Shown piece after piece: positions 7,394 to 15,079 of a stretch of DNA of 23,738 nt. A program made the position numbers and the translations under genes. This DNA comes from Candidatus Rifleibacteriota bacterium (GTDB lineage: Bacteria; Muiribacteriota; Ozemobacteria; Ozemobacterales; Ozemobacteraceae): assembly GCA_051747585.1 (NCBI GenBank), contig JBNJGH010000048.1, positions 1 to 23,738 on the forward strand, read 5' to 3'. Numbering within the stretch: the first letter of the stretch is position 1; the number at the start of each line of letters is the position of its first letter. The notes below the pieces were generated by a model. The model saw only the letters and a list, made by a program, of their open reading frames with translations, was not told where the DNA came from and did not search any database.

Positions 7394-9140
7394 CACCTTT
7401 TTCTTCTGGCGGTGCTCTGAAAATTGCCTTTTCCGAATTTTTTTTATCTTTAACCGGCTGAGCACCATCAATATTTTCGGCAACAGGCGGCGCTTTTCTT
7501 AATATTATAGATTTGTTCAAATCCGATGTTTTATTAACTGAATTGAAACTGTTATCATTGCCAAGTATTCCCTGATTCAAGTCAGCTTCTTTATCTGTAT
7601 CTACTACAATTTTTTCTTCTGCAACTGTTGGAAAGTTCTGTTGCACCTGCAAAATAGCCGGCCCGATCAACAAAACCGAAATACTGGGAAAAATAAAGAA
7701 TACAAGCGGAACAAGCAGTTTAACGGGTAGTTTGTTAACTCTTTCTTCTGCCAGAATCATTCGTTGATATCTCATTTGCTCTGCCTGGGCTCTCAAAGTC
7801 GGACCAATTTCTGCCCCTAGACGTTGGGCCTGAATCAGTGAACTGACAAAAGAGAAAAACGAAAGCACTCTAACTCTTTCTGCCATATCGGCAAGAGCTT
7901 CTTCGAGACTTTTACCAACTTTAATATCAGCAAGAAACATTTTGAATTCGACAATAATATCAGTATTGCGTTGTTTTTCGACCACCTTAGCAATACCGCC
8001 TGTAAGATCAAGACCGGACTCTATAGCCAGCGACAAAAGATCGATTACATAAGGAAGCTCGAATTCAATATTTTTCTGGCGTTTACGAATTAAATGGGCA
8101 AGATAAATTCTTGGCAACCTGAAACCTATAGGTATCATTAAAATCAAAACAAGCCAACCAATAAAGCCAATGGCTAATGGATTGATAAAAAGCGCAACAA
8201 GAATAATAAAAAGCAAAGCTGAGCACTCCATCAGTCCAATGAATTCTTCTGAAGAAAACTCATTTGCCTTATTTGAAGCTTCAAGAAGAAATTTTACTTC
8301 ACGCCTGATTTGCTGGAACCATTCACCGGGAATATTTTGATTAAGAGAAGCCATGATACGCAGCAATGGGCGAAGCGGCTTCCACCTTTTCTGTCCCTGA
8401 GCTCTAGCCTCATTAACATTGATCATTGCTTCTTCCGCATCAGGAAGAATAGAAGCAGTCATGCGATTAATGAACAATAATCCCACAATAGCAGCTGTTA
8501 AAGAAGTGATAAGAACGATCTGCCCATAAGGATTTTGAAGCATCGGCAAAAGATACTGGGGATGAAAAGTGGTAATTACAACTGCAAGTACTAGAGGAAT
8601 AGAACCGACCAGGTTACCCGAAAGTCTTGCATGAGCTGTTCCGGCAACAACTTTACCCATTATTTTCTTTCTTTCGGAAACGGTTAAAACAATCTGCCGG
8701 TATAAATCTTCAAGGTTTCCCCCGGTTTCCTGCTGGAAAATAGTTGCATTGACTGCAAGCTTAAGATCGGGGCTGGGAACTCGAGCAGCAAGATTGCTTA
8801 ATGCTTCGACCATTGGCACCCCAAGCCTTCTTTCCTGGACAAGAGACCTGAATTCGTTACTAATAGGCGGAGGGGTCGAAACTGCTACGAGTTCAAAAGC
8901 TTGATCAAGGTTTCTGCCGGCTTTCAAACTTGAACTGATCATCAGCAACACTTCAATTAGCTGATCTTCCAGGCTGGTACTCGTTACACTCTGTAAATAT
9001 TTTGATTTCCGACTGTCGTCTTTATCTTTGCCAGACTTTTTGAGATCGAGACTTAAGTCAAGCTGATCCTCAAGAAAAAAATAAATACCTACAATAACTC
9101 CCAGGATTGCTAAAATCTTAATAGCCGGAAATAAAGTCAT
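7380..9140 (-). CDS. Fused TadB-TadC inner-membrane platform protein (two T2SSF-family domains)
   Basis: TadB-like half: QLIEVLLMISSSLKAG, ETGGNL, TAHARLSG, PQYLLP. TadC-like half: LPRIYL..RQKNIEFELPYVIDLL...ESGL, QAQRLG, AEERVNKLPVKLLVPLVFFIFP. ATGA overlap with the ATPase gene. Confidence 0.9.
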   Translation of the reverse strand: MTLFPAIKILAILGVIVGIYFFLEDQLDLSLDLKKSGKDKDDSRKSKYLQSVTSTSLEDQLIEVLLMISSSLKAGRNLDQAFELVAVSTPPPISNEFRSLVQERRLGVPMVEALSNLAARVPSPDLKLAVNATIFQQETGGNLEDLYRQIVLTVSERKKIMGKVVAGTAHARLSGNLVGSIPLVLAVVITTFHPQYLLPMLQNPYGQIVLITSLTAAIVGLLFINRMTASILPDAEEAMINVNEARAQGQKRWKPLRPLLRIMASLNQNIPGEWFQQIRREVKFLLEASNKANEFSSEEFIGLMECSALLFIILVALFINPLAIGFIGWLVLILMIPIGFRLPRIYLAHLIRKRQKNIEFELPYVIDLLSLAIESGLDLTGGIAKVVEKQRNTDIIVEFKMFLADIKVGKSLEEALADMAERVRVLSFFSFVSSLIQAQRLGAEIGPTLRAQAEQMRYQRMILAEERVNKLPVKLLVPLVFFIFPSISVLLIGPAILQVQQNFPTVAEEKIVVDTDKEADLNQGILGNDNSFNSVNKTSDLNKSIILRKAPPVAENIDGAQPVKDKKNSEKAIFRAPPEEKGDAGK

Positions 9141-11218
9141 TGTGCTGTTTCCTCCTCAGGCTTTTCAACCGGTTTTTGTTTAAATAAATTGGCATGCTTC
9201 TCAAGAAAATCACCCGGAATAGCTTTCATAAATTCGGGTATTGTTCCAGTTGGAACGATCTCGCCTATTACCCGACCATCTTTATCTATCCATTTCTTTT
9301 CAAATTTGAAAAGAGTATTGGCTTTTATAATCGTATCTTCAATTCCGGTTACTTCGACAACTTCAAGTAATTTTCGATTACCGTCAGCCAGACGGCTGGT
9401 CTGAACTACAATATTTACAGAGCTGGCAATTTGTTCACGTATCGCCCGCAGGGGCAAATCTACACCTGCCATTAGAACCATTGTTTCCAGGCGAGCCAGG
9501 GCATCGCGGGGAGAATTTGCATGCAATGTGGTTAACGAGCCATCATGTCCGGTGTTCATAGCCTGCAACATATCGAGAGCTTCGGCTCCGCGACATTCTC
9601 CTACGATAATTCTATCTGGTCTCATTCTCAGAGCATTTCTTACCAGATCTCTTATCGTTATCTGGGTTTTCGCTTCTGTGCCTTGCTGGCGTGCTTCAAG
9701 ACGTCCCAGATTAGTCTGCCCCAGCTTTAACTCAGCTGAATCTTCTATGCAGATAACCCTTTCGGTTGGCAAAATATAATGAGACAAAACATTTAACAAA
9801 GTTGTTTTTCCTGAACTTGCTCCGCCTGAAACAATTATATTTTTCTTCAGGTTGACACAAAGCTCAAGGAATTGGGCCAGTTCAGAGGTAAGAGATTTAA
9901 ATCTGAAAATCAGATCATCCATGCCGTAAGGCACCTTTGAAAACCTTCTGATCGTAATCATCGGACCGGTTAAAGACAGGGGCGGAATTATTGCATGAAC
10001 ACGGGAGCCATCAGACAACCTCGCGTCTACGTAAGGAGTTCGCTCGTTAACCGTACGACCTACCGGCATAAGAATTCTCTCTATAACTGTGCGAACATGG
10101 TCTGCATTGTTAAACTTTCGATCGGTCAGAAGTAATCTGCCATTCTTTTCTACAAATATTTTATCAGGACCATTTACCATGATTTCATCAACTTCGTCGT
10201 CTCGCATAAACTCTTCAAGTGGACCTAATCCTAAGATCTCATCTAAAAGATATTTTTTTACTTCCGACTCGGCATTGTGACCCGGGATATCAGGAGGCGG
10301 AGCCTTTTTAAAAGCAAGTTCGATTTTTTGCTCAACCTGATCTCTAAGTTCGTGATCACTCATTCCGTATTTTTTTTCCATTTCGCTAAGAACATCTGCT
10401 CTAAGATTGCGAAGATAGTCTGCAATTTCTTCGGGAAAAGAATCAAAATTATTTTTTTCTTTGCCGGGTAAAAATCCTTCAGCCGGCATTTGCAATGCTT
10501 TTTTTACCAGTTCGGCAAAACTCTTTTGAACAACTTCGTTATCGTTATTGCCGGTAATTTCATGTCCAAGCGGTATTGAGTGTTCCAAATCAAACAAACT
10601 TGCTTCTTCGTTATCATCCTCAGGGTCTACATGATTTCTGAGCCAGTAAATTTTATCCTTGATTTTCATGCGACGCCGAGCTTCTTCAAGAAACTTCTGA
10701 GCATAAGATGGAGATGGAGGCTGAGAAGTGTAGATATAAAAAAGAACGTCAGCCTTATACATTAAGAATAAAGGTAGAGGAGTCAGTTGAAATGGCAGAT
10801 CAAAGACAACATAACCATCTAACTGGGTAAACAGATCTAAAAAATGATTCAATGATTCACTCAAATCATGTTCGTTTAAGTTAAAACGGGTTTCAAGGGT
10901 TTCTCCGTGATTATTGCCGCAAAATGGAATATAAAAAACTCCATCGATTTGGGAAAAGAATTTCTTGATCGATCTGGGTGTCATGCCCACCCAGTTACCC
11001 ATATAAAAATCAAGGTAACTGTTTTTCAGTTCAGTCTTTTCGCCAATTGTTTCGCAGAGCAATGAAGGTTTAAGGTAGTTGTACTCTATCAAGGCAACGG
11101 GCTTCCCGGTTTTCTCTTTTAATGCTTTGACAAAATTGTATGCAATAAAAGACTTGCCTATGCCGCCCTGAAAACTTGTAAAGACGAATTTAGTCGCTGG
11201 CTTTTCTGCTTTTCCCAT
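9137..11218 (-). CDS. cpaF: CpaF/TadA pilus assembly ATPase with an N-terminal CpaE/TadZ (MinD/ParA-like) domain
   Basis: C-terminal part: GLGPLE..DEIMVNG, Walker A GGASSGKTT, IEDSAEL, LRMRPDRIIVGECRG, MNTGHDGSLTTLHANS. N-terminal ~245 aa: FTSFQGGIGKSFIAYN and YVVFDLP. Confidence 0.92.
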   Translation of the reverse strand: MGKAEKPATKFVFTSFQGGIGKSFIAYNFVKALKEKTGKPVALIEYNYLKPSLLCETIGEKTELKNSYLDFYMGNWVGMTPRSIKKFFSQIDGVFYIPFCGNNHGETLETRFNLNEHDLSESLNHFLDLFTQLDGYVVFDLPFQLTPLPLFLMYKADVLFYIYTSQPPSPSYAQKFLEEARRRMKIKDKIYWLRNHVDPEDDNEEASLFDLEHSIPLGHEITGNNDNEVVQKSFAELVKKALQMPAEGFLPGKEKNNFDSFPEEIADYLRNLRADVLSEMEKKYGMSDHELRDQVEQKIELAFKKAPPPDIPGHNAESEVKKYLLDEILGLGPLEEFMRDDEVDEIMVNGPDKIFVEKNGRLLLTDRKFNNADHVRTVIERILMPVGRTVNERTPYVDARLSDGSRVHAIIPPLSLTGPMITIRRFSKVPYGMDDLIFRFKSLTSELAQFLELCVNLKKNIIVSGGASSGKTTLLNVLSHYILPTERVICIEDSAELKLGQTNLGRLEARQQGTEAKTQITIRDLVRNALRMRPDRIIVGECRGAEALDMLQAMNTGHDGSLTTLHANSPRDALARLETMVLMAGVDLPLRAIREQIASSVNIVVQTSRLADGNRKLLEVVEVTGIEDTIIKANTLFKFEKKWIDKDGRVIGEIVPTGTIPEFMKAIPGDFLEKHANLFKQKPVEKPEEETAQ

Positions 11219-11237
11219 AGCTCCTCTTTCTGTGACA

Positions 11238-11266
11238 ATTCAACCATAATGAAATAAAACTGTCAA
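11238..11266 (-). promoter_or_regulatory. Possible sigma70 promoter of the Tad motor operon in the divergent intergenic region
   Basis: Minus strand TTGACA, 17-nt spacer, TTGAAT (weak -10, preceded by TG). Confidence 0.3.
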
Positions 11267-11312
11267 TCTGATACAATTCTATATCATAATTGAAATATAT
11301 TTAAGGAAATTA

Positions 11313-12197
11313 ATGAATCCAGCAATAAAAGTTGAAAATTTAAGCAAAATTTATGGTCAAAAAAATGTAGTAGATCATATTTCCTTTGAGGTCGAATCTG
11401 GCCAGATTTTTGGTTTTCTCGGCCCAAACGGTGCGGGAAAAACAACTTCTATTAGAATGATGATTGGCGAAATCGCAAAGGATGATGGAAATATTGAAAT
11501 CAATGGGCTTAAAATTCCACAGCATCTATCGAAACTAAAGAATATAATTGGTGTTGTGCCAGATCATCAGAACTTATATGACCGCCTTACAGTCAGACAG
11601 AATCTAGAATTTTTTGCTGAATTAAACAGTGTCGAGCACTCGAAAATCGATGAAATTCTCGCTAAAGTTTTTTTAGGCGAACATCAGCACAAACAAACTT
11701 ACAATCTGAGTCGCGGGCTTCGGCAAAGGACTCTTATTGCCCGAGAATTACTTCATAATCCATCGATATTTTTTCTCGATGAACCAACCTCGGCACTTGA
11801 CCCCAATTCCGCCCTTTTAATACGCGACCTGGTCAAAGAATTAAAAGCAAATGGAACTACGGTTTTTCTAACTACTCACTATATGGAAGAAGCAGATGCT
11901 TTATGCGATAATCTTGCAATAATGCATCAGGGAAAAATAGTTGCCTGCGGCAAATCTGAAGAACTCAAAAAAAATTATGCCCACAACTCAATGATCATAG
12001 AGTATCAATCGAACCAGGCGATTCAATCAGCGGAATTTTCGTTAACTGACCTGGAAAGCCGAAAAAAAGCAGCAAAACTGATTGAGAACAATGAAATACT
12101 TAAAGTACATTCCCAAGAACCCTCTCTTGAAGAAGTTTTTCTTAATCTGACCGGTTCGGAATGGAAAAGTGAGCAGGAGAAAAAGAATGAAATTTAA
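11313..12197 (+). CDS. ABC-2 type (multidrug-like) exporter, ATP-binding subunit
   Basis: Walker A GPNGAGKTT, signature LSRGLRQR, Walker B FFLDEPT, H-loop LTTHYMEEA, C-terminal PSLEEVF. Confidence 0.95.
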   Translation: MNPAIKVENLSKIYGQKNVVDHISFEVESGQIFGFLGPNGAGKTTSIRMMIGEIAKDDGNIEINGLKIPQHLSKLKNIIGVVPDHQNLYDRLTVRQNLEFFAELNSVEHSKIDEILAKVFLGEHQHKQTYNLSRGLRQRTLIARELLHNPSIFFLDEPTSALDPNSALLIRDLVKELKANGTTVFLTTHYMEEADALCDNLAIMHQGKIVACGKSEELKKNYAHNSMIIEYQSNQAIQSAEFSLTDLESRKKAAKLIENNEILKVHSQEPSLEEVFLNLTGSEWKSEQEKKNEI

Positions 12198-13266
12198 AAG
12201 GGTTGCAGCAATATTCAAAAAAGACTTATTAGACAGCTTTAAAAATTATAATTTCATTCTAATGGTTCTTACACCTGTAATTCTTTCTTTACTATTTTCC
12301 AATTTAATGTCCGGTGCAAATTCTGACCGCTCTTTACCGGAACTTGGTCTAATTGGCAACCCGAAACAACCACTTATTAAAAGTCTACAATCTCAAGGTA
12401 TGGGAGAAAAACTGACTTTTTTTGAAAGCAGGAATAAACTTGAATCAGCAATTCTTGAAAACAAAGTTAAACTTGGTATTATTTTACCTGACTCGCTTCT
12501 AGCTGCCGACAAAGGCAAAAAACCTGTAATCAATCTGCTATATTCACCTAATCTGCCTGAATTTTCAGTGCAGTTAATAAAAACTGCCATTGAAGAAGAA
12601 ATTAGAAAAAAATTAAACTTATCGCCCCCACCTTTACCGGTAAAGCTGGAGACTCACGCTGTAGCCAGCACCAGCAATTTAAAAGGTGGAATGTCGGATA
12701 CCATTTTTCCAATGCTTATAATCATGTCAATGGGTATGATCGGTTTTATTGGATTGCCAATGGCAATTGTCGAAGAAAAAGAAAAGGGCACCCTTAATGC
12801 AATTTTTCTTACTCCGGTAACAACTTCTGAATTTATTATTGGAAAGAGCCTTTTCGGTTTTTTTCTTTCTCTTTTTACCATTTTGACTATTCTTACCCTT
12901 AATGGTAAATGGAGCGGTAACAATTTTTATCTTATATTATTTGTTTTACTGGGTATATTTTTAACAATTTTCATCGGTCTTATCATTTCTTTATTTGCCA
13001 AAACTCAAGGCAGTGTAAATGGCATAGGCACGACGCTTTTTCTTTTCTTTCAGATAATTCCAAGTCTGCAAAGCACCAGCAAGGCAATAGAAAAAATTGC
13101 TTTTTTATCTCCATCGACCCATATTCTTGCGGGAATAAAGAAAGCAATGTTTCTTGATCTAACTAAAGTGAACATTCAAAAAGATCTTATAATTGTTTTT
13201 GCTTTAACAATTTTTACATATATTTTTTGTTTTAGTTTATTTAAATTAAAAAAAGCCGATAAATAA
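12187..13266 (+). CDS. ABC-2 type exporter permease
   Basis: N-terminal TM, extracytoplasmic loop, IVEEKEKGTL motif, five C-terminal TMs. Start moved to ATG 12187, which has AGGAG upstream. Confidence 0.92.
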   Translation: MKFKRVAAIFKKDLLDSFKNYNFILMVLTPVILSLLFSNLMSGANSDRSLPELGLIGNPKQPLIKSLQSQGMGEKLTFFESRNKLESAILENKVKLGIILPDSLLAADKGKKPVINLLYSPNLPEFSVQLIKTAIEEEIRKKLNLSPPPLPVKLETHAVASTSNLKGGMSDTIFPMLIIMSMGMIGFIGLPMAIVEEKEKGTLNAIFLTPVTTSEFIIGKSLFGFFLSLFTILTILTLNGKWSGNNFYLILFVLLGIFLTIFIGLIISLFAKTQGSVNGIGTTLFLFFQIIPSLQSTSKAIEKIAFLSPSTHILAGIKKAMFLDLTKVNIQKDLIIVFALTIFTYIFCFSLFKLKKADK

Positions 13267-13333
13267 TGTTAGAATGATTGAAATTCAATCTTTTTTTAAG
13301 TAAGCTGCTACAAAATTTAATTGGGAATTTGAC

Positions 13334-14902
13334 GTGAAATACCTTGGTTTTGATGAAATAGTTAGAAATCTGCTTGTTTATTTAAAGGGGCAAATACCTT
13401 CTTTAAGTTCAAAGCATGCCAAAGAAGATATACTTAAACAGGTACAGAATATTACCTTTACCCTTAGAACAACAATCGTTCAGCTTGAAGGCGCTGCTTT
13501 TCATGACCGCGGCAATGAAGATAACAGCAAAATCAAAAAAGAGCTGGAATCGCTGAAGCAAACCAATGCAAAGCTTGAAGAGTCATTATTCCTGGAAATG
13601 AACAAAACCCAGGAACTCAATGATAAGCTTACCAAAGCGAACAAAGATTTTGATTCACGACGCAAGGAAATTGAAGAACTAGAACGGCAACTAAAAGAAA
13701 CCCGACAACAGCTCGAGCAACTTGAAAATTCTCCAAAAGAGGTTGTTAAAGAGGTTGTCAAAGAAGTGCCGGTAGAAGTACAAGTAGACAATACAAAGCA
13801 AATCGATGAACTGAAATCTGAAATCTCTGAACTTGAAACAAAGCTTGGCAAAAACGATGACACAATAAGCAATCTTAAGCAAGCACTGCAAAATAAAGAA
13901 ATTGAGCTTACCAAAACCAAAGAAACTCTGATGGAAGCCATAAAAATGGATAAATCAGAGATAGAAAACCTCAAATCCAGGCTTTCAGAGATAGACTCAG
14001 CCAAAAACGAAAACCAAAACCTCAGAACAAGAATCGCAGAGCTCGAAGCGGAGCTTAGATCAATGCCCTCACCTGAGGTTTATAAAAATAATCTGGCAGC
14101 TGCTGAAGCTAAAATCAACTTCCTTGAAACTGCTCTCGAAGACGCAAAAAATGAGTTAAGTAACTTTCAAGAAAAAGCTTACGATAAAAACCCAGAAATT
14201 CTTGTTGAAGAAAAAGAAGAATTGCAACAAAGAATTGTTGACCTTGAGGCCACTTTACGAGGCTTGATTAATTCCAGAGAAAGGGATTCCAAAGCAGAAA
14301 AATTCGCTTTCAGCCCTGAAGACTGCATATTCCTGTTTGAAACTCTGACCTCTACAGCAAATCGCCTGAGTTTGAGTCCCGAAAACCGTGACATTTATCA
14401 AAAAGCAAAAAAAGGGATTGAACTGTTGCAGGGCTCTAACGCAATACAACAGGTGCTTACAGTCGGACAAATGTTTGATCCAAAAATTCATAAAGCTGTT
14501 AAGTCATTCCGGAGCGAATTCCTTCCCGACAATACTGTTATTTTTGAAGAAAACGCGGGATTTATTTCAGGTAGCAGACTTATTCAAAAAGCTCTTGTAT
14601 GGGTCGGCAAATCAAGCTTTATCTGTACAGAATGCAAAAACCCATGCCGCAGTCATGAATTTTTCTGTCCCAAATGTGGTCTTGAATTAACTGCTCCAGA
14701 TGGCACCAGCAAAAGAGATCTCAACATTCACCCAACAACAGTAGAAAGCAATCTGCCCCTTCTCGACGAGTTGATCAAACAGAATAATTCCAAAGCCGCC
14801 AATGCTCTTATAAAGCATATTGCAAAAGAGCACCCCGACAACCCTGAAATTATTAAAAGACAAAATCTACTGTTAAAAGCAGAAAACCAGGTAGTAAACT
14901 AA
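13334..14902 (+). CDS. Long coiled-coil protein with a GrpE-like domain, Zn ribbon and TPR-like end
   Basis: E/K/L heptad region at about residues 60-315; VGQMFDPKIHKAV...NTVIFEENAGF.SGSRLIQKALVWV resembles the GrpE beta-domain; CTEC-x10-CPKC. Confidence 0.75.
   Translation: MKYLGFDEIVRNLLVYLKGQIPSLSSKHAKEDILKQVQNITFTLRTTIVQLEGAAFHDRGNEDNSKIKKELESLKQTNAKLEESLFLEMNKTQELNDKLTKANKDFDSRRKEIEELERQLKETRQQLEQLENSPKEVVKEVVKEVPVEVQVDNTKQIDELKSEISELETKLGKNDDTISNLKQALQNKEIELTKTKETLMEAIKMDKSEIENLKSRLSEIDSAKNENQNLRTRIAELEAELRSMPSPEVYKNNLAAAEAKINFLETALEDAKNELSNFQEKAYDKNPEILVEEKEELQQRIVDLEATLRGLINSRERDSKAEKFAFSPEDCIFLFETLTSTANRLSLSPENRDIYQKAKKGIELLQGSNAIQQVLTVGQMFDPKIHKAVKSFRSEFLPDNTVIFEENAGFISGSRLIQKALVWVGKSSFICTECKNPCRSHEFFCPKCGLELTAPDGTSKRDLNIHPTTVESNLPLLDELIKQNNSKAANALIKHIAKEHPDNPEIIKRQNLLLKAENQVVN
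13736..13768 (+). repeat. In-frame 12-bp tandem repeat encoding KEVV-KEVV-KEV
   Basis: AAAGAGGTTGTT AAAGAGGTTGTC AAAGAAGTG. Confidence 0.7.
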
Positions 14903-14903
14903 T

Positions 14904-15071
14904 ATGTCTGAAAATTGCCAGAAAAGTGAAAACTCAATAGAAAACAACGAAATTAACCAAAGTGCCCTTCAGGCTTTAATTGAAAGAGCCGAAAACGAAT
15001 TTGACTGGAATCTTATTGGTCTGGTATCGATCTGGGTCTTTTTACTGATTACCTTTTTTCTGATTCTTTAA
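14904..15071 (+). CDS. Putative 55-aa tail-anchored membrane protein
   Basis: ATG 1 nt after the upstream stop; MSENCQKSENSIENNEINQSALQALIERAENEFDWNLIGLVSIWVFLLITFFLIL fills the gap to the convergent gene. Below the ORF-track cutoff. Confidence 0.7.
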   Translation: MSENCQKSENSIENNEINQSALQALIERAENEFDWNLIGLVSIWVFLLITFFLIL

Positions 15072-15079
15072 TTTTTTTC

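Noticed and set aside
7394..7483. N-terminal extension of DUF523 in the ORF track
   Set aside because: Lies within tadBC. The family motif begins just after Met at 7393.
13255..13262. GCCGATAA as a third sigma28 -10 box
   Set aside because: Lies inside the permease coding end (A-D-K codons) and has no TAAA at the proper spacing.
13501..14004. 167-aa Ser-rich minus-strand ORF
   Set aside because: Antisense mirror of the Glu/Lys-rich coiled-coil codons.
13334..14902. SMC/ATPase or canonical grpE assignment
   Set aside because: No Walker motifs are present, and the protein is far longer than GrpE, has extra domains and lacks dnaK context.
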